Counted from the stretch's first letter, positions 44,601 through 57,394 are shown. The stretch is DNA of 64,000 nt from Phoronis australis (GCA_002633005.1 NMRA01000420.1:270318-334317); one strand, 5' to 3'. Notes: generated by a model from the sequence alone, not told the origin. Program-made: numbers and translations.

Positions 44601-47600
44601 GAATCCTTCATGGAAGAGGTTGAAAACTACGACTTTAGGGCCTCAATGTTTGATATTGTGGTGAGTAGAATTATTGTTTAGTTTGTAACATTGCAATACA
44701 AAAGTAATCGTATAAAATGACATTGATGATATACAGTGCAATACAAAATTAATCATACAAAATGACATTGATGATATACAGTGCAATACAAAAGTAATCA
44801 TACAACATGACATTGACGATATACAGTGCAATACAAAAGTAATCTGACAAATGACATTGATGATATACAGTGCAATACAAAAGTAATCAGACAAAATGAC
44901 ATTGATGATATACAGTGCAATACAATAGTAATCATACAAAATGACATTGATGATATACATTGCAATACAATAGTAATCATACAAAATGACATTGATGATA
45001 TACAGTGCAATACAAAAGTAATCATACAAAATGACATTGATGATATACAGTGCAATACAAAAGTAATCATACAAAATGACATTGATGATATACAGTGCAA
45101 TACAATAGTAATCAGACAAAATGACATTGATGATATACATTGCAATACAAAAGTAATCAGACAAAATGACATTGGTGATATACATTGCAATACAAAAGTA
45201 ATCAGACAAAATGACATTGATGATATACAGTGCAATACAAAAGTAATCAGACAAAATGACATTGATGATATACAGTGCAATACAAAAGTAATCATACAAA
45301 ATGACATTGATGATATACAGTGCAAGACAATAGTAAGCGTACAAAATGACATTGATGATATACAGTGCAAGACAAAAGTAATCGGAAAAATGACATTGGT
45401 GATATACAGTGCAATACAAAAGTAATCAGACAAAATGACATTGATGATATACAGTGCAATACAAAAGTAATCAGACAAAATGACATTGATGATATACAGT
45501 GCAAGACAAAAGTAATCGGACAAAATGACATTTTCCTGTCATGACGACTAATGCTGTTAACAGCAAAAATTGCTGGTCATAACTATAAGGGTGGCAAAAT
45601 TCTAATTACTGAATGGGTTGGCCACCTCACTAACTTTTCCCCTCCATTCTTGGTCGTGGTAGAAAACTACTCGCGACGTTGAATTCGGCTTCTGCCCAGC
45701 TGTCATGATGGTATTGCGGGTCATTTTGTCTGTCATACAGCTGTAGGCTTGTACTGTATGTGAACAATGTAGTTGGGAGGGTACCTTCAAACTCGGTTTA
45801 GTTGGTTGTTCTAGGACTTGTGCAATTCTAAAATACCTTTGCAACATTTGGCATCCTTCATAACGAGGGCTTTTTAATTCCTATTTTAGAAGGAATTGTT
45901 TTGTCATCCGAATCCAGGGAATGAGACCTCTGATAAACAACTTCTGCTGAGATGGGATATTCAATCTTCAATAAATATGCCTGCGGGGTTATGTTCATAA
46001 AAAAATATTTTTGAGTTTTCTTAAGTTCCATAAAATGTCGAGAGTTTGTTCTGTGGGAAATAAGTTGCACAACCTTGTTTTTGCGTACAGTAAAACTCGC
46101 AAAATTCGGACTTGCTTAAGTCAGGTTTTTGCTTGTTACTGGTTGTGCTGTAGGTTTGTTCTAGTTTGCGCACTCAGCCTACAGATAAGTGGTGTTTCAC
46201 CGTACTCAGATGAACTTTCTTCTTCTTGTGGGACTCGAGTTAATGCAAATTGTTAATTATTGACTCGTGTATGCGTTTGAGTGGAGAAACAACGTAACAT
46301 AACAGAACCTGGACTTGTTAGGGATTTTTGCAAAATTTGGGGTTACAGTTGCACGGTTGCATGAAACACAACTAAGTACCCTAAATCATGAGCGTAATCT
46401 TGTTGTTCTTTGCTCGCAGATGTGATCTTTTCCTGTCATGTTGTCAGATTAGCTCCTGTCTGACTAATGGCATTTTCTAAAAACTGAGTCCATAGCTCAA
46501 TGAATATAAATTGGGACTTGAATTAATGTTGTTTCGTGAAAAGACAGCTGTTTATTTTCAATAATGTTGAGATTTCAACGTAGAGTTCACTCTCGATTTT
46601 GTGTCAAACCCAAAAATTGACTCAGTAACGGAACTCTTACAGATGAGTGTAAGAAAGAACGATATGTGTTTTGTTTAGTCCACAAATACATAGTAGATTT
46701 AGGGAACTCACGTAGGTTGAGTACCCATTTGGGACTGCTTCATGCCACTGCACCCGTTAGTGGGTGTTCACCTGAACTGCCAGTAGTATTACAGATATGT
46801 CACATTTAGAGTGGCATGCAGTTCCATCTTGGAAAACTAGTTATGATCCATGTTTTGTGGTGGAGCTCTTTGTTTTGGATTTCAAAATGGCGAGCTAGCG
46901 TTCCTAATTAAACGCCATGAAACCGTGGACATACTGGAGTTTGTTGATTATTTCAACAGAAAGATTCACTTCTGCTAAGTTGATTTATTCCTGTTTGAAG
47001 TTTGCAATTTAAGCTTGACCTATTTAGTGCTGCGTAGGAATTTACTTACTACCCCCGACATGCGGTTGTTATAGCGTAACTGTCCTTGTGTTTTAGTGGA
47101 TGGCTTGTGGCCGTTTCTTCATCCTCATTCTCTCCTATGCCTTATTTAGAAGTCAAAAACCATGGTTTGTTGCCGTGAGTATAATTATGTTATACCTATT
47201 TTAAAATCTTAGAAATTTCGGACAGAACTAATTGGTATTATGATAGTTGTCTTTTTTCATTTTTCAAGATCTTTCATTACTGCCCAGCACATTTCAAAAA
47301 TGTGTGTCATCATGGTAGATTTACATAATGTGATCATGGTACTGTGCAGCTTTATTTGGTGCTATCAGATATGAAAAAAACCAAAATGAAAGTTCAGGCG
47401 CTTGTACTATAGTGTGTCCTACATTCGTGAGAGTTGACCCTAATTTAGTCTATGCAGTCATTAGATGTTGCTGTAACACACCATTCTATGTTTCTATGTC
47501 TTTGGTCGTTCCATCAGTTTATCAAGTTTGAAATTTAAGAAATTTGTACTAACTTCTTCAGACTCAAATTCACATTTTTTTCATAAATATTTGTTACTAT

Positions 47601-50600
47601 TAATGGTCCTAGATCCACACAGCCCAACATTGATTTGTCCTGTGCTTGTAGTACTGAAGCCTGTACATAGGGCCCTCGATGCCTCAATATTGGCTGGAAT
47701 ATTGTCTCCATTCCTCGCTGAAAAATGTTTTAAAATCTCACAAAATGACACTCATCAGGCCTAAAATTCCATCTCATTGATTGCAAAATCCCCTCGGGCT
47801 TTTAATCACTTTGATCTCACACAGTCCCTCGAATTTCCGGCTCCTGTACGAGGGATTTTTGATTCACTCGATAAAATTCTGCTCTCACAGGCACCTTTCC
47901 CCTCTGGTGAGAGAGAGCCATGATACATATAGGTGACTGCATATGTGTTAACTTGGTTCTTCATTCATTGTAACAGTAACTGAATGACTTGCCTCATCTT
48001 TTACAGGTCTCCACACTCTTAACATGTACTTATGTTATTGTAAAGCTCTTCCTATATTCAGTGAGTTCTTCATATTTATCTATTACTACTTAGTTTTTGT
48101 TTGAGACTACATAGATCAAAACCACCTTGTTAGAGTGGCTAAAAATGACATTAGAGCCACCGGGCATGTACCACCCGGTATGTACCACTGGGCATGATCC
48201 ACCTGGCACGTTCCACCCAGTACTTACACCCGACATGTACCACCCGGTATGTTCCACCCGCCACGTTCCACCCGCCACGTACCACCCGCCACGTTCCACC
48301 CGGCACGTACCACCCGGCACGTTCCACCCGGCACGTTCCACCCGGCATGCAAATACTAAGAGTGGGATGATCCACATGTTTAGGAGGAAAGGTCGATTTG
48401 TTAATAACAGTTGCCAAAAACTGGGATAACTAACTAGTGATTACTTAAGGAACTTTCAGCCTTCATAATTTCCATTCTTTTGAAGTTAGTCTTATATTAC
48501 GGTTGAATCTTTAGTGCGTGAAAATTTGGGATACCCTCCTCCCCAAGTTCCAGAGAATTGGGATACCCTCCTCCCAAGTTCCAGAGAATTGGGATACCCT
48601 CCTCCCCTAGTTCCAGAGAATTGGGATACCCTCCTCCCAAGTTCCAGAGAATTGGGATACCCTCCTCCCAAGTTCCAGAGAATTGGGATACCCTCCTCCC
48701 AAGTTCCAGAGAATTGGGATACCCTCCTCCCCAAGTTCTACAAGAATCATCATCATAAAACTCCACCCCTTTACAGACTGAGGTAGCACGATAAAAAGGA
48801 ACTCATTTCCTTTGTTTTCAACTTCCACGAAAGTTACCCTTGGGTAGAAAACTTTACCCACAACGTATTTCTTAAGATGTCACCTATTTGTTCAATTAAA
48901 ACGAAAAAATGTCCTCTTTATCTTCATCAAAAATTAATTATTATATGATATTCAAAAATTGATCTTTTGCAGACATCCTGTCATGTATGCCTGCTGTACA
49001 GTGAATCTGGCGGTAAACAGCCTGTGAATCTAAGCGGCATGTCTGATATACACTCATGTAGCATAGAAACATCCATGCATTTCTCAGTATTTTGCCGATG
49101 TGGAGTCTGTAACTGTTGAGCCCATGGGTCTTCCTCCCATTCTCGTGAAGTACTTTGCTGAGACTGTGTTTCTGTTGTCCTCTCAGTATTTCGATGCCGT
49201 CAAAGGACTTCAGAACATTGCGAAAATTCCGATTAGGAATCGCTTTGCGCAATGAAAAATGCAAGTAATATGGTACAATGGAAAATGCAATTGAAATTTT
49301 GTACGTCTTATGTTGCAGCCACTGTTGGATTCACGGAAGTAAACCACTCTTTTTCAACTATAAGAAGACGAAATCTGTTAAATAATATTATGAAAGTCTT
49401 GTTATTCAAATGAACAAGTTAACTCTTAAAATTAGAAACAGGTATCCCTCTTACTGATTTCAACGATTCAACCTCTGACGATTCGACGCCTCAAATTTTT
49501 TGGTGTAAGAGCTCTCAGTCTGCATGCTGAGGCCATTGCACACCATTGCTACTCATCGTTTCCAATAGACTGTGCTGACTAATATCTGGATATGGGCAAT
49601 CGTATTCATTTGGTTGTAACACCGTTTCAGTATATTGGTCTGCTTAAGTCTTCCATTCAGGATGATTAAGTTTGAATAAATATTAACATCAAATTCTGTC
49701 TATAAATCAAGACACATTGGTGTGAAAGTTCAACTTTAGCTTGGGGCTCAAGATACTCAGGAACATCACTATGTAGCTTGTGAGCAAAAGATTATTCCAG
49801 GTTTCAATGCATCTTGATAAGCCTTGTCTTCGTCTTCCTTTAGTGGACAGATCCATCACCAACAACACCGCCCTCTTTAGTCAAGTGGGTAACTGCCACA
49901 GAGACCCCTGCCATCAACTCCACAGTCAAGTACTTGTTGATGATCCTGCTGGTTATATCCTCCCTAGTCCTGGCCTGGGTCGAGGTCTGGCTTCTGGATT
50001 TCAAAGTACTGCCTCTGGAGCAACGAGCTAGGGAAGGATGTATGTGTCTCTGTCGTGTTTACAGTAAAGATTTTTCAGTTTGAGTGCCAATATGAGGGAC
50101 AGGTGGAGTTGTGTATTTGTTTGCCTTCTTGATGTAATCAAGTTTTGTAAATAGCTGTTAGCACGCTTTGTGTGGTACTGCTGTCACTAAACAGCATTTG
50201 GTAAAATGCTGCTGATTCTCAGCAATGTACGGTAAAATTTTCGTCAATTTTGGAGAAAAAAGATTGCCAAAATTGGTCTGTTATCATTCTCCAAGGTCTT
50301 CATACATTGTTGTGATTTCCCAGAAATTGTCAAACTTTTGTGAGATGGGTAAGATATCACGCAAAACTAATTTTGTACTATAGTACATGAACAATGAGAT
50401 TATATGATTTCAGCTGTCGGCCATATTGGTGCCAAATTAAAACCTTTTTACACTAAGTCCAACTGTCTTCCACCATCAACAAAGCGCCACCTATTGACAG
50501 ATGTGCAAGTTCAATGTGTACTATCACCCTCATCTTAAATATCACAATAAATAAATGAATAAAAGTACCAAACAGTTGAAGGTGCATGACAAATGACTGA

Positions 50601-53600
50601 TTTGCTGAAATCTTAACCACGAATCTTCAATTTGTTGCAGTCGCATACGGTAGCTTTAAAAAAGTTCACAAAATTTGTTCTCATTGATAATTGGTGAAAT
50701 CTTGTAGCAGAAATTCTGGCTTTTTTTCAAATGATTCAGTTTTATTTTTCGTTCTTTTTCCTCCTGAGCGTTTGCCTTAACTTTGACAAAGCCACATGAA
50801 TTGTAATGAGATTTGTCAACTCCTCATTAAAAATTACTGTACCATTAGTTTTGAAAGTCAATAGCTATCAACTTGGAACTGGAATCAGAGCAAGTTTGTT
50901 GTCAGGTGGATGACATGGCAACAAAATAATAGTTAACTCTACTTTACACACAATATTTTGTACTTTTTTAAAACCTCTTCTTATTAAAACTCCATTAGTC
51001 TGGAGTACAATACACAGTCAGGTCATTTGTGAACTAGACAGTATAGGTCATTTATGAACTAACAGACTAACTTAGATTGGCAACAGTTGAACATCATCTT
51101 CCATCAGGTTGATTCAAAACTCTTGACTGTCTTTCCTTGGTAAGATTATACTTTGTTGGCTACTTCCTGTCCACCAGATGTGACCAGTCTGGTCTTTCAG
51201 AAAGTAACATAGGCTGATCAGGTGGAAAAAGTGACTCTTACCGCCACCTGGCTGTATGAAGTGGTACTTCTTCCTCGTAGTGGTTGGTTTAGGGGAACAT
51301 GTTTGATTTCGTGAAAAGGGTATGTGATTAGATGTGATGTATTTTAAACGAAAGTGATTGCCTCGTCGTCCAATACAGGTACACAGTCATGATAGTCATG
51401 TGACAGCCAATGTTCCTTGTCTTTTGCAGTTACTGTTAATCGTCCCAGCGAACGAACACCACTACTTAGGGACAACCGTTCCAATGTATATCAGTCAGAT
51501 AACTTTTACTCACCATACGAGTCGCCCACAGGTATGTTGTGGACGCAATTGAATGAGTGGATTTAAGTATACTAGGTGGCGCTAGTGTGGCAACAATTTT
51601 AGCCATAGAAATGCATGTACTCTCGGCTGGTAATCATGTGGGTCTGTGAGCCCACTGACACACCCATGGTGATGATAGTGCTGTTAATCTAGTGAGGTGT
51701 TGAATAGAGCAGCCTTCATGCACTAGCACCCCCTGGTGAGTACTAAGTTTCATTAAAACGGTTCTTAAGTCTTATTGTTGAAATACATAGTATTCCGTGC
51801 TCCACCCTGTAACCAGTGGTTGAATATTGTTCCACCCTGTAGCCAGTGATTGAACATGCATGGCCAGTGGTCAATGACTGTGTAATTGCACTGTGATATG
51901 TTGAGTTGTTATGTGTTGTGTTTGCAGGCTCTGATGATGAAAGTGAGACATTCAAGTCAGCCCGGGCATCACGGGGTCACAGTCGCAATATATCTCGCTC
52001 AGGAATATATACCCCTGAGGTAAGAATGCCTTGTGTTATAGAATACAGACACAGGAGACTGTAGTAAGCATATAATTATGCGTTCTTGCCGCGTGTCACC
52101 GCAGTTCAGACTTGTGAGCTTGAATTCAATGATCAATGCTTCTGTCAACTTAAAACTCACAACTCAATCAACATGTCCAACACAACACAATTAGTGTGCT
52201 CAACAATCTCGTCTCTGGTAATGAGGTCTCTTCAAGGTTATTGTTTTTCACACCTTTCTTTATGTTTTCACGTCAGTTTTAGATTTCTCTCCTCTGATGT
52301 TCCGATCAAAGATAAGGGGTCTGTGTCATGAAACAGGACTGAATACTTGAGTGAGAAATTTGGTCTTACGCTCCACACATTGTCAACTATTTCAGAAAAA
52401 TAGTTGAATATCACTTATCAGAGCAAAACTGCAGTATGTAAGAATTTACACATTCAATTGCTAGGTACTGAGATAATTCCTATAAATTCTTTCTTAATAG
52501 TTATTTGGCAAAACCTTTTTTTCGCCATTTGTGAAGTGAGAAGGTAAGACCAAGTTTCTGACCTTTAGTGTTATGCCACATTCATAAAAAAGTCCCCTAG
52601 ATTTAATTTAAATTATATGCTTTTGATCTCTTCGTTTTTGCAGTGAATAACGGGTAGTTGTTACTTCGTGTTCCCATACAAGAGCATGTATCTTCAGTTG
52701 CCAAGTGTATGAAAGGACACTGAGAACACTAAAATCTGCACAAGCTAGACTAGCATTGAGTACCGCTTGTTTATAAATTTGTTTCCAATGTACACATTGC
52801 ATTACGTATACTTGTATTATTTCTACTTTGTATGTTTAGTTTTCACTAGGGTTCTCCAAATTTTTAGGTAGTTCTACTGAACTCCAAACTTTTGAGTTGT
52901 TGGACAAATGTATGAAAACCTCTAGAAGTTGCTAATTCAATAAAGTTAGCAGCAAGCTAATGGTTTATAGTCCTGCTGCAGTAGCTCTGGGCCATTCTAA
53001 AGAGACAGCATCAGTGACTGTTATATCAGGCAGCCTGTTCTACTCTTGCTCTACCCCGGTGTGCATTTCAGGAACTAAGCTATATCAAAGCAAGCAGTGA
53101 TTGTCTTGAACGTGCCTGGTCATTACATAAAGACGAGGACGGTTGGAAGGCGGAGTCTGGTGATGACGTGTGTTTAGGAATAGTCAGCTCAAGGAAAGTG
53201 GACAAGATGGGCAAAGTCTTCCGACTGGTGGTAAGTACCGTGCACTGCATGAATCCAAGGGCCTCCAGGACTGAGAAATTTGAGACACTCTATTGAAATG
53301 TAGGGACTGGCATCTATGAGAAAAGAAATGCATGATTTCAGTTGAACATTTAGAAGTAGACGGGAGAGGAGGGAGGGAGGGGGGAAAGAGGGAGGGGGGA
53401 AAGAGGGAGGGAGGTCAGCACATCACAGTGCACGTTTGTGTGAATGCGTGTGGGTGTTGGTGTATAAAAAGGTGTGTTTGTGGGTGTTGGTTTGGATCTG
53501 GTACCCGACTTGGTTGTGCTGGTGGATTTGAAGCTTGGCTGTATGTTATTAACAAATATATTATGTTTTAAAAATGTATTTCGGAGAATACTGGTTTCGA

Positions 53601-56600
53601 GCACTTAAAACCACCGTTTCCATCATTTTGACAAATAACTGCAATATCAGCATCGTTAAACCTTCCTTTGTAGCACTGCGTGTCACAAGCGTGAATCACA
53701 AAAATGAGAAACTAGAAGGAAAAAAGTTCAATTGAAAGATTCTTAGCTCAACATACGTTAGTGTGACATATGAACGTAACCCAGCACCAATGTGTCATAT
53801 CCACGGAAGCAAGAGTTTCTTGTACAAACTTATGGCATTACTCTTGCTTCCCTGATGTCCCGCAGAAAGTAAAGAGAGCCACCGTGTGGTCAAATATACT
53901 AAATTGTCACAACCACCACAAATGCAACGCCTCGCCATTCCTTGTATTTTAAGCATTTTAGCCTACATTGAGTGGTGATTTGATAGATTTGTCTCTTAAA
54001 GCATTCTTGCGTCATCCCTCTACTCTCTTCAAGGCAGTAAACTGTCAAATGTAACAAACCTTTAGGTTTTACTGTCCAACTGTAAAAGTACATGGTGTAT
54101 TACTGTAGGAGGTCAGACAGCTGAGGTGAATGCATGCAGACAGTAAAGTGTTCAATTTAGTGACTTGTAAGTAGTTTCCAAATAATTGCCAATTGCAAGT
54201 TTTCAACAGTCGATGGACCACTGACTATGATTCTTCTGCTGATTGAATTTCATGAATAGTCACTTTTTGCTTTTAGGGCTTCTTAGATATACCTCCAAAA
54301 GATGTCTTTGAAGAAATAGCATACAACTTTGAAAATCAACTGTCTTGGAACAGCACAGTATTAGCTGCAGAGGTGAGCTCAACAAAGGGGATGTTAATGA
54401 ATCAGGTGCTGCCTCTTCTGGTCGAGNTAAATTGTGATTGTAAAGTGTTCAATTTAGTGACGTGTAAATGGTGATTGTAAAGTGTTCAATTTAGTGACGT
54501 GTAAGTGGTGATTGTAAAGTGTTCAATTTAGTGAGGTGTAAGTGGTGATTGTCTCTGTGCAAAGCTCATGCTTGGGAATTAATATGTAAAGCGGCATGTC
54601 CTAGATTTCCGATTAACACAAGAAAATTGCCAAAAATCATAGGTCACTTATTGAAATAATCATTGGGGATGGGTCTACCAAACCCTTTTAGCCTGTTAGG
54701 GTCCTGTATAAGGTTCTGCTACAAATACAAATGCACTTGCTATGGTCAGGCCAGTATGTACCATATAGCCCATTAGGGTCCTGTATAAGGTTCTGCTACA
54801 AATACAATGCACTTGCTATGATCAGGCCTGCACATACCATTATAGCCTTTTAGGGTCCTGTATAAGGTTATGCTACAAATACAATGCACTTGCTATGATC
54901 AGGCCAGTACGTACGATACAGTTTTTTATAGCCAACACTGCCATCGATAAAAATTCTTTTCAAATTTTGAATTAAATATTAATTACATTCGGTAAGTGTC
55001 GCATATACCGCCAGAGATTTGTCAAATGCTTGCCAAGGCCAAAAGTGAGATTTAGTTTCCAAATAATTGCCAATTGCAAGTTTTCAACAGTCGATGAACC
55101 ACTGACTATGGTTCTTCTGTTAGAAAAAGGCTGAAACATCGTATGGTTCAGCGAATTTGTGAGTCACTGAAACAGCATATAATATCAACTTATTGTAACA
55201 GTTTCTAATTATCCCAGTTCAGTTTTACGACTTGTTTATATTTGTCTGTGAGTATGACTGAATAAATTTTTCAAAAAAGAAAAAATCTTTTCATGTGCAT
55301 TTGTGCACTGGTTCACTATCTCGGGGAATATCATACGTGTTACCTTGTATCATGTCCCCTTGGTGCTGATTACTTTTCATGGTCGAGGTCAAAATCAACA
55401 AATAGGATTTCAGATATGACCAGAAATGCTGACCAATGAGTTCACCAGTTTGGTGGTACTGATTGAATTTCATAAATAATCACTTTTTGCTTTCAGGGTT
55501 TCATAGATATACCTCCAAAAGATGTCTTTGAAGAAATAGCATACAACTTTGAAAATCAACTGTCTTGGAACAGCACAGTATTAGCTGCAGAGGTGAGCTC
55601 AACAAAGGGGATGTTAATGAATCAGGTGTCGAGTCATTCATCCATACGTGTTCAGTTTTCAAGCAAACAGTAAATTAGGCACCAAGTATATGATTTGGCA
55701 ATAGTCTGATATAACGTGCCCGTATTCTGAGAACCAGTTTGATGCCTGTTATTTATTGGAGAAAACTGGTTCTCAAAATTCGGGCACGCTATATCAGACC
55801 ATTACCTATGACTTGATAATGTTATGATACATGTATGTTGAAGCAGGGAAGGTGACTCTGTGTTGGTCGCAGAAACTAGAGATTCGTTTTCTCTATGATT
55901 TATTTATAATTTTTAACACAAGTGTTCCCTTCTGTTTACATGTACCTATCCGTAGTATGGGAATGTGCTGAACATAAGCCTTGAAGATTGTAACATAATT
56001 GTAGATCATACAACGCATAGATCAGTCTACAGATGTAACATACAACATTGCCGCAGAGGCTATGGGTGGCATGGTGTCGACTCGAGACTTTGTAAATGTG
56101 CGTCACTGGGCGGAGAGGGACGGGGCATACATCCTGGCTGGTGTGGCAGCTGAACACCCGTCTAAACCTGAGTTCAAAGAACATATCAGAGGCGAGAACA
56201 AGACTGGGGCTTGGATTGCCAAACCATTCAACGGTAACCTAATGCAGACAGAGTTCACCTGGCTAATGAACGTCAACTTAAAGGTAAGTAATTTGTGCGT
56301 GAAGTTTAAATTCGTAACAAAATAGAGAGCATGAGGATGACAGACAAAGAATTGAGACATTTGACCATTACCTACGGAAGAATGACCTGTGTAACCTAAC
56401 AACCAATTGGGAACCATGGATAAAATAAATGGTTCCATGTGAACACTGCTTATGCCATGACGGTGTTCTCTTGTTCAGTCGTAGAGGGTTGTGAGCGTGT
56501 GATAACATCTAGCTCCATTGTTAACTGCCAAGTACAGTCTTTTGTCTGGTATGACAACAGGCAGGCCAATTATCAGACCACGTGTGAACACAGTCAAACC

Positions 56601-57394
56601 CAGAGCGAGTTGGTACGTTCGGGAATTAGAATAGATTGTCGTAACTTTTGTTGTAGTTGGGCGATTTTGGCGATTCAAAAACTAAACATGATCAGCATTT
56701 GACGAGGAATTCAGAAATGCTGTTGGTTTATGTTCAAATATGTTATAACTTAACGTTTGTTTTAAACACCTCAGCCCATTCAGGCTAGATAAGATCTTAT
56801 TGGAGATTAGAGCAATTATCGAACAAAAGAGAGGTGGCCCTCCAACCATAAATGCAAGAATGGAGTTAATCAGTTGTGTAAGATATTGGCTACAGGGGTC
56901 ATCTTCCCAAGTTGTTGTTGGGCTATAGAATCGAACAAGTTGTCTTTGCCATTTGTGGTGTATATCAGTGCTATGCACTTTTCTCAATTTCAGTAACTGT
57001 TGTGTTGGCGCTGACTACTGGAACGTAATCCAATAAGCCGGGAACCATCTGTGCAACATTTTTTCACTTTAATATGTAATCGGTATCAGAGGAAGGTGTT
57101 GGGCTAAATGTTGATATTGCTATTTACTACTTTAGTTCCTGTTCTGCTCACTTGGTGTCCTCATATTGCATTAATTCCTGTTCTGCTCACTTGGTGTCCT
57201 CATATTGCATTAATTCCTGTTCTGCTCACTTGGTGTCCTCACATTACATGATATCATCTTGTTGACAGGGCTGGCTACCACAGGGCCTAATTGACCAGGC
57301 CTTGTCTGGAGTAATGAAAGACTTCTTGAAGGCACTTCAGTCAAGGTGTGCACAAATAAAAGAAGAGCGCTATGGTGCAACACAGTACAGCTGA
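38695..57394 (+). CDS. STARD3: StAR-related lipid transfer protein 3 (MLN64): MENTAL domain, FFAT-like motif and START domain; about 496 aa
   Basis: Exons 38695-38783, 41677-41824, 44589-44660, 47097-47174, 48007-48060, 49844-50039, 51430-51531, 51928-52019, 53072-53230, 54277-54372 (or its copy 55497-55592), 56005-56283, 57269-57394, totalling 1491 nt in frame. Motifs: MSAVRRTFCLVVLFDL, SLVLAWVEVWLLDFKVLP (MENTAL), NFYSPYES (phospho-FFAT-like), GGMVSTRDFVNVR and WLMNVNLKGWLPQGLIDQ (START). Confidence 0.95.
38915..39160 (+). repeat. Interspersed repeat, homologous to about 45531-45760
   Basis: Shared GTTAACAG.AAAAAT, GGTGGCAAAATTCTAATTAC and TTCTGCC.AGC.GTCATGA blocks. Confidence 0.7.
39820..41050. 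mobile_element. Non-autonomous element with a (GTCC)n microsatellite head and internal subrepeats of about 450 bp (Helentron/DINE-like)
   Basis: A CCGTCC tract at 39820-39890, then recurring blocks ACCGGTGTGCCCCCT (39996, 40426), TATAGGCATCTATTAGTGAG and CTAAGGATGATT.TGAAA.TTGGCATA. The family assignment is inference. Confidence 0.55.
42008..42300 (+). repeat. Interspersed repeat, homologous to 53647-53950
   Basis: Shared TCAGCATC.TTAAAC.TTCCTTT, CATATGAACGTA and TTGTCACAACCA.CACAAA.GCAA. Confidence 0.75.
44101..44324. repeat. Tandem duplication, 116 bp x2
   Basis: ATACTTGATGCCCTAATAATGTCATC...ACTACTCCACACCTGCT occurs twice. Confidence 0.9.
44689..45532. repeat. Minisatellite, 45 bp x about 19, immediately after STARD3 exon 44589-44660
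   Basis: CAGTGCAATACAAAAGTAATCAGACAAAATGACATTGATGATATA units. They generate repetitive ORFs on both strands. Confidence 0.95.
48157..48348. repeat. Minisatellite, 14-bp units
   Basis: GTTCCACCCGGCAC-like units. Confidence 0.9.
48524..48738. repeat. Minisatellite, 31-34 bp x about 7
   Basis: AATTGGGATACCCTCCTCCCAAGTTCCAGAG units. Confidence 0.93.
54434..54552. repeat. Tandem repeat, 37 bp x3, next to the N at 54427
   Basis: GTGATTGTAAAGTGTTCAATTTAGTGACGTGTAAGTG units. One copy of the core also occurs at about 54143. Confidence 0.85.
54696..54912. repeat. Tandem repeat, about 77 bp x3
   Basis: TTAGGGTCCTGTATAAGGTT.TGCTACAAATACAATGCACTTGCTATG.TCAGGCC units. Confidence 0.88.
55497..55592 (+). 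CDS. STARD3: Second copy of the 96-nt STARD3 START-domain exon (GFIDIPPKDVFEEIAYNFENQLSWNSTVLAAE)
   Basis: Near-identical to 54277-54372 (GGC TTC TTA versus GGT TTC ATA, an L>I change). It has an intact CAG acceptor and GTGAGC donor and is phase 0-0. Confidence 0.8.
55704..55799. mobile_element. Palindromic mini-element of about 95 bp (hairpin MITE); related copy at about 23117-23188
   Basis: GTCTGATATAACGTGCCCGTATTCTGAGAACCAGTTT...AAACTGGTTCTCAAAATTCGGGCACGCTATATCAGAC. The same loop, ATGCCTGTTATT, occurs in the 23.1-kb copy. Confidence 0.7.
56440..56945 (-). mobile_element. Inverted copy of the 8190-8740 repeat family
   Basis: Reverse-complement similarity across about 500 bp. Confidence 0.8.
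57136..57245. repeat. Tandem repeat, 39 bp x3, just upstream of the last STARD3 acceptor
   Basis: TTCCTGTTCTGCTCACTTGGTGTCCTCATATTGCATTAA units. Confidence 0.9.

Noticed and set aside
44643-45531. Long ORFs (199-258 aa) on both strands with 15-aa repeats
   Set aside because: They are a by-product of a 45-bp intronic minisatellite. Several frames are open, and there is no unique coding sequence or splice support.
48090-48861. Pro/Gly-rich repetitive ORFs
   Set aside because: They are translations of 14-bp and 31-bp minisatellites in a STARD3 intron.
48960-49260. Possible LINE (RTE-like) remnant; similar hint at about 43200-43700
   Set aside because: There are only one or two weak motif resemblances, which is insufficient without a search.
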